Part shown: piece by piece, positions 25,331 through 39,600 of the stretch
Layout: each line of letters begins with the position of its first letter
How positions within the stretch are numbered: the stretch's first letter is position 1
Origin: Phallusia mammillata
Taxonomy: Eukaryota
Length of the DNA stretch: 64,000 nucleotides
Assembly (NCBI GenBank): GCA_965637545.1
Contig: OZ281501.1
Coordinates: 15,252,001 to 15,316,000, forward strand
Direction of reading: 5' to 3'
Notes under the pieces: generated by a model
The model's input: the letters and a program-made list of their open reading frames with translations, nothing else
The model's database searches: none
What the model was told of the DNA's origin: nothing
Made by a program: the position numbers and the translations under genes

Positions 25331-26358
25331 TAAATTGTTTGAATGGATTTGGCGTTAAATCACTGTGCAGCAAAATGACTCAACAGATTTCAACAGAAAA
25401 ACTTCCATAGTTTCGTGCGTTTGATCTAGGTTGCACTGAAAATGTCCACGACACGTGATAGCGAATCGGTACTCCAGCACATTTGTGACAAATAATACAT
25501 TTAATAGTGATTTTAAGAAACTTTTAAAGTCTACACTACATTTTAACCGGCCAAACTTCTTCAACTGTAGCTACGGCGTACTTTAAGGCATAATTTTAAA
25601 AATTACTAAACGTAGAATTTATTGTTAGGTAATATGTTTCAGGTCTGTTCATATTTTTTAACTAGTAGGGTTTAGAATTAGATTGAGGTTATCGCAGTCG
25701 TAGTTCATTTCCGGTTCAGGAAACCACCTTCCTTCACAAGAAGCGAATTGCTTATGGCTTTACATTCCCAACAAGTAATAATCGAATTTAAACTCAACAT
25801 CCTTGCACACAAAAAATTCCCGCGGTTGAATTGGCAACAATACCGGTCAAAATATGTGAATAATGCTAAAACAGTCTTTTGCTTATGTATCAATAACAAT
25901 TTGATTTTTCCGACAAGAATTTTACATGATGGTTTAGTTATATTGCTCCAAAAATTGATTTTACAGTGGACGTTGTTTCAAATCGACTTTCAATTCTAAT
26001 AGAATGCCTGAAAGCGACTCGAACCCTTGTGACTTGACTTGACTTGAGACTAGACTGATAGGACTCGTTACCCAACCCTGGCATTAAAGACACGTACAAC
26101 ACTGCTCTGAAAACGGAATTGATATTTACTTTCAGTAGGCAAAAATACGCCACTATATTAAACCAACTTTATTGAGAAGTTCTCATGTTACATGTCATAT
26201 AATATAAGTGTAAATATTTGACTACGAAATTGCGAATTGTAAAATATCATGATGGTCGCATATAAAGATTATGCCTTATATACATTTTACGACTTTGAAA
26301 ACGTGTGTACAAATTACTGCCGTCGTGTGTATACAACACTTCACGCTGTCACATATAA

Positions 26359-29300
26359 TTAGGGATTGTCGATCATTGTGGATTCAATCCAACTTTGAAT
26401 TTTGGAAACCTCTGTGTAAAATCCAGGAAACACAAATCCATCCTCGTCAACGTGAGCGCATCGGAAACCAAAACTGACAATTCCAACTTGGATCCAACAC
26501 GATTCGCCGGTGTTCGGGTTCTTGTACTTTAAATTAAGGTTGTAATGTTGTTTGTTTGCCTAAACTGGAATCTTATCCTTATCTTTTAAGCAAAAATGCA
26601 AGTCGAGTCTGATACGGGCCTATGTTTCTCGGTCCAGATACGGCCTGAGTGTAAACATTGGCACTTAAATTGGCCTGTCTGCCAAGCTGTCGCTTTCGAT
26701 AACGCTGGATTTCATGACTAGTCGGGACTTCAAAATTATTCGGCTTTGGACCGTGCTTTGTGCTTTTACTTTAATGTTTGGATCCGAAAACTTGACAAGT
26801 TTACAATTCTTATCATACAGTTACGGCTTGCCCCGGCATGAAATACCTGACAAAGATTTTTTTCTATAAACAAAATAAATGAACACAAACTCACCATTTA
26901 ATTCGTAAAATAACACGCCGATACACAACTTTGTATTATGCTAACTACCCCATTGCACATATACCTGTCGCATAAGAGGTCCACCGCTATCTCCCTGGCA
27001 TGTGTCAGACACCGTATTCGACCCATCAGGACTTTTCACACATATCATCTGATTAGTGTACAATGCACGTATTCCTGATATTGCTTCGATCCTTTCAACC
27101 GCTTCATTGCATCTGGTGATACAATCATTCAAAAATATTAAAGCTTTACTTATCCCCGCTTAAAACACTGCCGCAACTAAACACTTTTACAATTTTTTTG
27201 ACTCACATGTGGTGATATGTAAATCTTTTTTATTAAATTCGTGAAGAACAAACGACACACACAAAACAAAAAGACAATTAAACTTCTGAGAGTATTTACA
27301 CTCGATTCCCTACTTTAATTAACGTTAAGAACTACCGGTTAAGTCAAATGATATACGTCACTTATACGTCACTTTCACAATGCTAAACCAATGGAAAACT
27401 ACCATTTAAGTCAAATGGTTTAGCATTTTGAAAGTTACGTATAACACAGCGCCAGGACCAAGTTTGACCATAAGGTCTGGTTAAAGGTTGAATAATAATA
27501 ACTGGCCAACAGAATTTTTGGTGCCCTCAATATTAAAACTGATGTTGACTAATTTTGGGGTACTGATTTCAAAAATCATTACGGTTTTCTGCAATCAGGT
27601 CACCTTTTTAAGTTATTTACAAAATTGAAATTTATGACCATATTGATTCAATGACTTTAAAATTACTCTTGTATGTGTTCGATAAATTTTTGTTACATTA
27701 TACACAACAATTTCCCATATTGTAGTTAATTTCATAGCATGAATATGTGTTCTATGTTTATGCTCTGTCTAAAAATGGTTGGTGCAGGCTAGTGGTAACT
27801 ATACACTATACGCGTTTTATGGAGTGATTTTCAGACTAGTAAAGCAAGGTGGTAAAACTAAAATTAGTAATGGCTAGGTCATATATGAGCTGTTGCATCA
27901 AAAACCAAGATGGCCTATGCTACATTACTAGTGAATATCCTTACAACACAACCAAAAAGAAAAAAAAATCTGTATCAAATGCATGTCTTGCACACTTAAA
28001 AGTGGATGTGAGGTTTAGGACAAGCAATGGGCTCCACTTACCTAGTGTTGATTGGAATATTGCAGTGATGGACAGAAACAGTAGAAAGAAACTAAAATTA
28101 CTAGAAAGAGTACATAACTAAGTTATTAGGCGGTCTGAAAAATTTGGTATAAAATTGAGTATAAAGCTGCACTTCCCTTACAACGTAGGGAATATAAATC
28201 ACGAGAATTAAGCTGAAAGGTTCCAATAGGATATCAGTGAAATGGAACGTATTAGGGATTAATAATGTGATCCTGGCTAATTACGGATGGTAAATTAAAC
28301 GGGACGATATTTGCTGCCTTTTCCGTTACAGAATTACATGTGTAGGCCTGTACCCGATATACCTGACAACTTACAAATTTGAAACTATGTTTCGTTTCTG
28401 TCTTGATTTTTGTTTGTTAAGAGTGTCCACCGATTTTTAAAAACATTTTAAATTAAATTCGAAATTTTGTTCTTGCAATAACGTTAATTCCGAATAAAAT
28501 ACTCAAAACCAGTTTCACTACATACGGATTGTTTTTTTTTTAAGCTTGGACGTACCATAACAGGAAAACTAGAAGTGATACAGATAAACCGATTGCATTT
28601 TTGACATCAGGGCAGTAGAATTAGTCAAATCAGTTAAAACATTACTGGGGCCTGTGAGTGATCAAGGCGAGTTCTCACAACGCTTCATCACATTACTGTT
28701 ATTAACTCAAACTTACGAGGCATCTGATTGAATTTGCTGGACTGCTTCCTTTAGACGGTACGGAATTGGGACTGTATCGTTTATTGACGAAGTCCATTTA
28801 CCAAATCCTGTAACAATGAAACGTGTTCTGCTTTCTTTAACGTAGCGATCGACAAGCCATCTTCCTGCATAGAGAAAGCGTTAAATGCTTACCTGCGTTG
28901 CAATAGCTGTACAACCAAACAAGTCCACTTTAAATTCTACTGAATTTGTTGCACATTTGGACGAAACCTGTTTTGCCAGAATCAGGCGGAAAATTCATAC
29001 TTGATTCAAATTTTTCAAAAACGTTTGAAAACATGATGATTCTATATGTGGACATTTGTAAAAAATTTCTATAGTTTGTTTGTTTTTCCCGCAAGGACGA
29101 AACCATATCTAACGACAAAGTCGGAATTTTACAAAGTGATTATTAACAAGTCCGGGTTAACGCGCATTTTTTGTTGCAAGCGTGTTTTGTATACCGTCAT
29201 TCCACTTGCCTTTCTTTTGACATTTGACATCCTCGGAGTCGCCATCTTCAATTATTTGGGTTTCTTCTTGGTCCACGTACTTGTCAATGGGGACACAAGT

Positions 29301-30630
29301 ATTGCTGCAGGGCAGACATATTGGTCTCACATAAGGTGAAAGAGGGATAGTTCCGTTAAACTCTGGTATTCTGGTCGACCAAACCCAATTTATTCCGCCT
29401 CTGATGGCACGAAGTGCCACACCGATTCGAATCTAAACATCGTTTGGTTCTTATTACAATATCAACATGTTTGTTTTATGTTATATCTCTTAAAAGCTTC
29501 ATATCATAGCAGTAATAAGTTTATAAACAGCAACTAACAAAGGTTTCCTTTTATTTTAGTTAAAATTAAGCTAAATAAAACAGGATGACGTTTTTTTCAC
29601 GCATTTGGTCAAATTTAATGTGACATTCGCTTCGTCGTCACAAATCGTAGATGTTTGTTTTATTTTCTGCAAAGCAAAAAATTGACCACACTCAAGATAA
29701 AATCGTACCAGTGCCACGTCATGATCAAAGTTGGTTCTTCTAGCGCCGCGATCTTCTCGATCAAAATCTTGATGAATAAAAATTCTTCGCGGTTGAAACA
29801 CTTTCATGGTCGTGTTAATGGGTTTTCTCGGCATTGGCCGCTCGAAAATACCTGACAAAAAATATCGCAGATCTACAGGCACCATGCGACAAAGAGACAA
29901 AACGATATTAACCAGACTGTTATTACCTACTGCCACAGCCAGTGTGCTTGTCAGCCGTTCGATGTCGGCGTAGTCGTCGAATATATGAGCGGCTGTAAGA
30001 ACCCATTGCTGATTGATGAGGCTCCCGCCAGCGAAAATTCTTTTAAAGCTCTGTGGTTGTAAAGAATTACTGCTCAAAACTGAACGAAAATCAAACAGAT
30101 TTAAATTGTATTGGTAGATGAATTACTAGTTAGACGCATATTTCTCAAAGCAAATTAAAAAAATGTATGATAGTATGCTGACTGTGGTTATTTATCGGCT
30201 TCTGACATTCGCATCACCCTGCATTACACCTAGTATTACGGCTTCTTTGTCAGTTGTTAAAAGGGTTCATGTTCTAAAAAATAATGAAACAGCAAATCGC
30301 AGGACAACATAAGCATTTTTATAAATGTAAATAACAACATAATGTGATGATAGTCCGCGCTCCAGGTACACGGTCATTATAAAGCGCCACGGAGAGAAAG
30401 ATGTATCAACCAAAAAGTTACTATACTTAGTTTTTAGAGCAAATGATTGTGACTTTTAACGCGGCCTTTGCTGTTGAAACTAACTTGGTAAACAGTTGGT
30501 CCATTGTTAGGCATTACTGCAGCTTGCCACGGCCAGGCTCTGGTTGCTTTATTCCCTCCGAGAAGGCGACCCAACGAAGCTTGACGAATAATACTGTCCG
30601 TCTCCCCTGCTTGGCCGCATTTCTTCAAAT
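26359..30630 (-). CDS. Gene B serine protease cassette (7 exons, intact, trypsin-like D189/G216/G226)
   Basis: LGR-LLGG; [19 protein letters not shown]; DHDVAL|IRI; [13 protein letters not shown]; [13 protein letters not shown]...FPGFYTEVS. Exon lengths identical to gene A. Confidence 0.96.
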
Positions 30631-33600
30631 CTAGAAGAAAAGCAGTATGTTCACATTGTGTACGTGACGTTTACACTTTAATTTTGTTAAAATTTGGGCG
30701 CATTTTTTATATGCATGGTATGTTCATTGCAGACTGTTTGTTTTAAGTGGAAAAGGATTAGGATGTAAAGCTGGTTATGCAATTTAATGAAAAAAAATTA
30801 TAACAGTGATCAACGAAATATTGAAAAAAAACACTTCTGGAACCGTTGGGACTCCTTTGTGCTTTATTTTACCAAATGTTTTCAGTTGGTTGATTTCATA
30901 AAATCGTGTTGACTTTGGATACTTACTTATGCACTTTGCTTCTGTTCCCGACCACTTTCTGTCGCTGCGACATGACCGAAAAGATTCACCCCTTAAACTA
31001 TAGCCCTGGTTGCAAACATATTGAGCTCGAGAATTGTATTTTCTTGTTCTTTCCCGGTAGGTAACTCTTCCATTGGGTATTCCTGATAGCGGTGGACATT
31101 CTGCATCTGTATAAATAACGCATATTGATATGCGTAATAAATATAGTGCATTGCTGAGCTCTACTTATGCAGTATAGCGCTATAATTGTACACTGGATTT
31201 TTCACTTGGGATCAAGAAAAGCTAAAGACACAATACATCAAGGAGTATCGTGATATATACTTGGATTAAAGCACGACATGCCACAAGCGTCATCACAACG
31301 GCATCTCTTTAGAGCGCCCCTACAATCTGCGTCCGATTGACAAGGTTTTCGGCATCTTCTGCCCTCTTCAACCAGGTCCATTAATCTTGGGCATCTTTGT
31401 AAATCAACTGCAAAATAAAATCAGTAAACTCGAATGCCCAGCATTTTAAGATGTGATTTTTGAAATTAAAGTTATTTTTTGGTCTTACAGTACTGTACTT
31501 TAATGTCGTTCAACTGCAATAAAGCAGAATTGGTTATGAGACGTAAAAGTTCAGACTTGTACAAAAAGAGAACTAACTTAGGCAGATATTACAGTACCGT
31601 AATGAAACGGGCATGTTTGATTTCAGATTTAACGGACACACCAATTTAAACTTTACGGCAACCAAGTTCTTCATCAAAATGCTTCCAAATGGTGTTTCGA
31701 ACCACAACAAATTTTTGCTTCACTAGCTTTTTGTGTGTCGTTAAACCGCATATCAAACCACGTCATAGAATTAAAGTTTTACTGGTGTAAAGCTATTGCG
31801 GGTTAACGCATTTTCAATCTTATCCGCTTGTCACCAAAACCACTCAAGGTGCATTCTTTTGCCAAATACTTTCTTGAGAACAGTTTTACAAATTCTAGCA
31901 GTTGCTGTGTTATAATCAGGATTTCAATCGATGGCCGTAAAAATAAGGACAACCAAAAACCAAACTTTCATACGAAACGAAACAAACGTTTTTGAGCAAA
32001 TTTTTGCATGTAAACCAGCGATGGGATACATCGTATGCTACATATTTTGCCAGAAATCTGTTCCAGAAACCCGTTTAAAGGAAATACTTCTAGGTTTACT
32101 TTTACTTGTAGCAGGGATTGATTGTCATTTCAGTACGGTTGTTCGTTGTAGTTGTTGAAAATGAGACAAAATAAGGAACCAGGTCAAAAACAAGGACAGT
32201 TCTTAGAAATATGGACGACAAACTTTTCTAAGGCACCGCCTTTTAAAATAAGGACAAATCTGACAAATAAGGACCGTATGGCAACCCTGCTTATAAACGT
32301 CCTTCACAGTCATTTTTTCTTTCATAAAAATTTACTGGGCCACAGAATTTTTGTGTAAGGAAAATGGGCCACGAAAGAAAAAAAGTTGAGAACCACTGCT
32401 CTAATAGAACACGATGAGATTGGACAACGTCACAATTGACATTGTCATTCGTTGCTCAGAGATTTATCGCTGATTGGCCAGACGGTTTTGAACTTTTCTT
32501 AGCTTCACTGAGCCCTACGTTTTTTAACTTTCTTAATTAACCGTATTAGCAATCACGTGACAACTGATCGAGAAAGTTTGTTGCCTCATTAATCAGCACA
32601 AAACGATATCACGCACGACTAAAACCCAAAAAACTGCTGTATTCTACTATACCAATCTTGGTTTGTCAAATTTAAAGCAAACACTGTTGCATGCAGTGGC
32701 GGCTCATGCGTAAAACTTTTAGAAAAGCCACATTTCTAGTTTTCTAGCCATTGTTTAGTGTAAAAAACAAGTAATACAAATCTTAATTAACAACTCCATT
32801 GTGACGTAATTTTTGTTACCCAATAATGTACACGAGTGTAAACAGCAGACGGTATTATTTGTGTATTTGGTTTACTTGCACAGCGACGGACCAAACTCAA
32901 TAACATACAGGAATAATGTGGCACAAAAGCACACGTAACACAAACTCGAAACGACGCGTTTGTAAATAATCGTATATGTAAAAAAAACAGTAATAAATTA
33001 GTCGAAAAAGGTCGAAGTATTTCAGAAGGACAACATTTAAGAAAACTGGTTATAACACTGACCACTAACTAACACACTTGCTATTTAGTTATTTATATGA
33101 TAATGTTTCATTTACCTTATAGTCACAGCCAGTGTTTTCAACATATTTTATAACACTTCACAGATTATTGCCACACAAAAAACTAGCCATAAAGCTTTGA
33201 TTTGTATCATAATTGACAAATTTTATGACCACATTACATTCATGTCAAAATTTGTTTATTTAAACATCTTTTCTTTGAATTTTTGTGTACAGACTATTAA
33301 TTGTCTTTCGGTCTCTTAACTCTTAGACTTGATTCTTTATTTGGTGGCAAACAGCTTATAATTCCTTTTTTTAGTGCAAAACACCTCCATGCTTGAAAAC
33401 ACTCTCACTTAAATTTAAACCATATTATTAAACCTTGTGCTTCCTTTTTACAACCAAACTGAATCATGAAGTTATAGTTTGAACAAAATAATTGATATCT
33501 TCTTCCTTGATTTCCAAATGAAAACTAAGAAACTGTTTTTTTTTTCTATTTAGTTCTGGCACTGCAAGTGCAAGTCTTTTGGAAATAATGGTGGTCCTTA

Positions 33601-36600
33601 AAAAAGTTTGCATCCTTTTCCCGGTTAAAACGAACCGTTGTGTCTTTGAAGGACTCATAAAAAATGCAAAATGGATTTTTAATCTTAGTAATTTCACTTG
33701 TCAAAACATCATGCACATGGTTTTCAAAGTAATCATAAATATCAAATCTACACAAACATTTTTTCAGTAACTAGCTTTTCTTTGTCAACAATAGGATGTG
33801 CTTCGTGGTCACTACTATCTTTCTGTAGAATGTTCATTCTTGAAACATTTCCAATGAAGCAATTTAGCAGCTACTGTTTGGTAAAAAAAACAGTACATGC
33901 CTATTATGTCAATACACATGATTGCACTTGTTTGCAAATACTGTCCACATGGTGTGTTAAGAAATCAAAACTTAAAATTGTCTTCACTCAGGTGTTTCAA
34001 AATTCATGTTGCTTCAGCAATTGTTTGTTCTGCATTTAATAATGTCTGAATTTTCGTGAGGCATTAAACTTCACAGTCACAAAACTTGTTTTCTTTGGTA
34101 GCATTCAGAACTAAAACTAAGTATTTCTTGTGGTTGTTTATTCCATCGTGACATGTTTGGAACAGCAGGTGTTTTATCCCATTTTTTTCTTAAAACTTTT
34201 TAATTTAGTTGTTTATTATAAAGGTTAATCGTGACTTTTCAAGGTGTTAGATGACCTTCTTTCAAGGCGTTAGATACACTTTTTAAATCAATGATAACTG
34301 CAAAAACTGAAGCTCACTTATAGTCAGCTTAAAAAGTCACGTTAACCTTTAAAGAAATAAACTGAAAGATGGCAAAATAACTATTTAACTGTACTCACTG
34401 TCGATATTATAAATATATTACACAGGTTTTGCTTTGGATCACAAATAAAGCGGAGCAGACAACACAACTACAAGTCGTCCCAGGAGGTGCTGCGCGCGCC
34501 ACAGCCCTATGTCGCGTATTACGCCCGACATGCAGCTTTTCCAAGTGCGCCTGCGCACAACTGCAAACGTCACGGAACGTCATGAAACTTATTTTTATTT
34601 TAATAAAATGCAATTTAATGGCATAAAAATTATCTGATCAAACATAAAAACTATATGTAAAGATCGTTTGCTATAACAATTTGGAATAGGCATGCCAAAT
34701 AAAAATATAGGGAGTGCTGCAGCTCCGCAGCCCCCTCGCACGAGCCGCCTCTGGTTGAATGGTAAAATTACAAAAAGTTACGCTTGTGCACCAACTGCAA
34801 ACACATCTGTAACAATTTTTAAAGAAAGCATAAACAACGGTCGGTTTGTTGGTGCTGATAATTGATATAATTAAATAATGTATTGGTTTAATTTCGTAAA
34901 CGACAAAGCTTTAGGCGATCTATCTGTCATATCTGGCGTTTATGTGTGTTCCTTATTTGGCTTCGATACGCATGGCCCATACCATGGCAGTGCACTGTAC
35001 AACACAGATTTATCTTTCACGTTGATTTGTGTCATACGAATATGGCAGAGGGTAGATGTCGTAAGGATATGGGGTGGACATTTCTTTCTTGGCCGGAAAA
35101 AAAACGCAAAAAAATTCTAATTGTACTCGTGCATAAATTCTAACATACCTGTACACCTTGGTATTTCTTTAATCCAATCACCACTCTCAGGGCAGCTTCG
35201 GGAGTTTATCCCGTTTAGCCTGAAGCCCTCATTGCACTCGATGGAAACCGTTGAACCAGTAGCGTAGGCATTTTGTTGTGGAACCAGACGACCATTGTCC
35301 ACTGTGAAACTTGGACACTGTATCACTGCGAAAACGTTTTATTTTTAAATAAAACACGGAATAATCTAATGTTTCTGTAATTCTGCATACACATCGCCAG
35401 AGTGAAGTTTCGTCAAAGAGTTTATTGAAAGTGAACTAATAAAATTGTTTTTAAAATCGCAACTAAGCAGTATGTGGTATGTAGAAGAAAATTGCGTCCG
35501 CCCTTTAAATTGTTGCACCTTATATGCATCAGTAATTTTTATTTAATGCATGAGTTAAATAATTTATGCATCAGTGATTTGCTATGTTTACCAAGCTGTT
35601 GCAGCTTAGACCTTGACCTAGTCTTAGTTTTCAGTAGTTGATATGGTTGGCTACTGTACAATTTAACTTTCAAACTGTTTTATGTACATGTATATGCTTA
35701 TATTTAATAATTATGTACGTTGATTTTACTTCAATACAAATCAACTGAATTTGTAGTAATTCTTTTCTTATCATTGAAATCTCCTTTCAAGTAAAACGAC
35801 CGCGACGATTCAGGGTCATTAAAATCAGACAAAGAAAATTTAGTGTGAAAAACCACTAAATCTGTCGCTATGTATTATTTGTTTTATCAAAAAAATGCAT
35901 TTCGCTATAAATCAGTGTCTAAAAACAAAATAAAAAGCGGGATAAAAGCAAAAAAATACAAAAAACGCACACACCCAGACCAACCACAAAAAGCCTATCC
36001 TCTGTCTTACAGGACTGCAAATGCAGACCGGGAGGTATGGCGCTGATTAAAACCACGAAAAAAGGCGAGGAAAAGATAAGGGCGCAAAACGAAAAAACAA
36101 ACGATTGTAGCAACAAAGCAACGAGTCAACGAACCGCAGGAAGGACCATAGCTTGAACATTTATTGTGGCGCCCGTTAAAATTAGCCATTTGTTTTCACA
36201 AACGTCCAAATTTTCAGTCCGAGGTTCCTCTACAAAAACCACATAATAGCATTGTGCAATACCTAACTTTTTTTGGAAAAGTCGGAAATGTTTATTGTGG
36301 TAGTGCTGAAGAAGGGCCGAGCGGTCACCCCCTACACTTATGTCGGACGTCCGCCAAACAGCTCGATGTGAAATCCATCGGGTCTAAAAAAAACTTATTT
36401 GTAGTTTGGCCGACATATTGTTCTTCACACGCCAAACACGTGGCAACACATATTCCGTAGTTACGACACGAAAGTTGCTGACGTAAGTGGAACAGTCTTT
36501 GTTGTGACCGCAAGTCAGTCACCGGAAAAACCATTGATTTGGATTTGCCGTGGTGACCGCACAGGGCGCATTTGCCACAAGGATAAGATTCTGTTTTATG

Positions 36601-39600
36601 ATGTGCTAAACAAAAAAAATAAAAAAAATAAAAAATGTGCTGTTTCGTGCGCTAATATTTTGTTTTGATANNNNNNNNNNNNNNNNNNNNNNNNNNNNNN
36701 NNNNNNNNNNNNNNNNNNNNNNNNNNNNNNNNNNNNNNNNNNNNNNNNNNNNNNNNNNNNNNNNNNNNNNNNNNNNNNNNNNNNNNNNNNNNNNNNNNNN
36801 NNNNNNNNNNNNNNNNNNNNNNNNNNNNNNNNNNNNNNNNNNNNNNNNNNNNNNNNNNNNNNNNNNNNNNAAATAAAAAAAATAAAAAATGTGCTGTTTC
36901 GTGCGCTAATATTTTGTTTTGATAAAACAAATAAAACATAGCGACAGATTTAGTGGTTTTTCACACTGAATTTTCTTCATCTGATTTTAATGACCCTGAA
37001 CCGTCGCGGTCGTTTTACTTGAAAGGAGATTTCAATAATAAAATATTAGCGCACGAAACAGCACATCATAAAACAGGATCTTATCCTTGTGGCAAATGCG
37101 CCCTGTGCGGTCACCACGGCAAATCCAAATCAATGGTTTTTCCGGTGACTGACTTGCGGTCACAACAAAGACTGTTCCACTTACGTCAGCAACTTTCGTG
37201 TCGTAACTACGGAATATGTGTTGCCACGTGTTTGGCGTGTGAAGAACAATATGTCGGCCAAACTAAAAATAAGTTTTCGACCCGATGGATTTCACATCGA
37301 GCTGTTTGGCGGACGTCCGACATAAGTGTAGAGGGTGACCGCGCGGCCCTTCTTCAGCACTACCACAATAAACATTTCCGACTTTTCCAAAAAAAGTTAG
37401 GTATTGCACAATGCTATAATGTGGTTTTTGTAGAGGAGCCTCGGACTGAAAATTTGGACGTTTGTGAAAACAAATGGCTAATTTTAACGGGCGCCACAAT
37501 AAATGTTCAAGCTATGGTCCTTCCTGCGGTTCGTTGACTCGTTGCTTTGTTGCTACAATCGTTTGTTTTTTCGTTTTGCGCCCTTATCTTTTCCTCGCCT
37601 TTTTTCGTGGTTTTATCAGCGCCATACCTCCCGGTCTGCATTTGCAGTCCTGTAAGACAAAGGATAGGCTTTTTGTGGTTGGTCAGGGTGTGTGCGTTTT
37701 TTGTATTTTTTGCTTTTGTCCCGCTTTTTATTTTGTTTTTAGACACTAATGATGCCTTTTATAGCGAAATGCATTTGTTTTGATAAAACAAATAAAACAT
37801 AGCGACAGATTTAGTGGTTTTCCACACTGAATTTTCTTCAACTGAATTTGTTTATAATTGTAGAAGTTTCTATGATCCAAAACGAATACAGTTTAACACT
37901 GATATTGTGGATTTGATTTGAAGAAAACCGGAACGCTTTATTATTACGTTACAGACAATAAATCGATTATTTTTCGGCATGCCAAGTAAGTATATAACCA
38001 ACTAAAAACATATCTAATCTGAACTGATCACATATTCACACAAGGTAATTCGAGACTTGACATGATCAAAACATATTACCCCGACAACTTGGTTGGGTTT
38101 CAGACCAACTTTCGGAATCCTGACAAAGAAGCGGTAATGTGTTGGTCAATCTGTAGCCGGATGAACATGTGAACGAAACAACTGTGCCCACTGGGTGGCG
38201 CAACCCCTCTTGAAATATAGGATTCATTTGTCCGTTGGTGATTCTTCTCAGTCGTGGGCAAGTTTTTTCTGCAAAAAACGTGTAAACACTTTAAATGATC
38301 TGATAGGCAAGTTTTTATTGTCTCTCACGGACAACATATCCTGTGTATTAACTGCCTTACTGACACAGGAGACGGTATTTGGGTTAGCATCCCATCGTTT
38401 CGTTATTTGACAGGCATATATGACTGAAGTTTGATATCGTTTGCTGTTAAGCTTGTAACCATCTCGGCATGTGTAACTGACTCTTGTCCCAGGAAGGTGA
38501 TAACCATAACTTCCACGAGGATATGTGATCCTAACCTCGCCATTGTCAATCAAACGCGGAAAATCGGAACACTTTAGGTCTGCAAAGACGGTTTACGTAA
38601 TTTGTTTGTGTATCATAAACATAATGTGTGTCTATTCAAAGGAGTCTAAGTTGTTTACACGTAGCGAAGACGAAAAACGTTATTTTTTTTACCAAATTCT
38701 AAACTTTTTTAAAGTTTTTGTACCTGCAGAACAAGTGGGTCCGGTAAAGTCTTGGCGGCAAAAGCACACAAAGCTGTCAACTTCATCACGACAGATCCCA
38801 CCGTGTAAACACGGCCTCACTTGACACTCGTTACCTATAACACACTCGTTGCATAAAATGTACGGATGTCCACTGTGAAATGGATAAAAAAAATTCAAAA
38901 TCTAACAGAACAGCCTGCGAGAGTGGTTAATACAGCCTGAATTTATAATTATTACGAGGTAAGTCAAATACCATCTCTTAACATAGGTCAAATGTATTTT
39001 GCCAGCATAAATCGGCTTTTTACGTAGGCCTACTAAATCTTCATGGGGTTTGTGCAACAAAGACTGAATTGATGTGACAAAACTAATCCCGAAACAAATA
39101 AAATAAAAACAAGGATAATAAAATGTCGAAACGTTTAGAATAATCACTCATGTCGCTTGTATTCGAGTAGTACAAAATCAGCGCAGTAGTGAGTAACTCA
39201 CGACAGCACTGCTGATTATCAACTGTGCACAATTTTTGACATTGGTGATTTGACCGTAAGCGAGTGATTTGTTTCCTTAGTGCTTATTCCATTACTGGTT
39301 GTTAGTGTTTTTTTCGATGCTGTCCCTATTGATTCAATGTCGTTATCTAAGGTTAGTAAATAGGCTGCAAGGAGCCTGCAGCCTAATTTACTTACTGCAC
39401 GATTCATTTAGCACAGTTATGTCATCAAGATGCACAGTGCCAGAAGTTGCAACAAATGAGACAGTTACTTCCGTATCACTTTGTGGCACGTTCAGTTCTC
39501 CAGATTGCCATCCAGCTCGTCGAGTTCGATACTCTCTTCTGCAACACACAAAAATAACGTGTGGAATTTGGTTGATGAACCAGCACTTGAACATAACTCT

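Larger units (their letters stand above)
35755..37837. mobile_element. 5'-truncated Penelope-like element in inverted arrangement (GIY-YIG endonuclease C-terminus plus pseudo-LTR), spanning the gap
   Basis: ORF 36953-37537 [10 protein letters not shown]...[36 protein letters not shown]; inverted copy at ~35890-36600; 14-bp TSD TCAACTGAATTTGT at 35741-35754 and 37838-37851; paralogous empty site at ~42320. Confidence 0.88.

Noticed and set aside
27849-28121. LINE-like peptide ([10 protein letters not shown])
   Set aside because: Too short and degenerate to classify; kept only as part of an unclassified insertion.
34930-35085. Possible degenerate Cys-rich exon (KKCPPHIL...GPCVSKP)
   Set aside because: Cys spacing does not fit WAP or CCP; no convincing splice sites.
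36600-36940. ORFs running through the N gap, and the direct repeat flanking it
   Set aside because: Artefacts of the gap and probable contig overlap.
39200-39350. Ser/Thr-rich ORF between the MAM and EGF exons, with a GTGAGT donor
   Set aside because: Acceptor and donor are not in a shared open frame.
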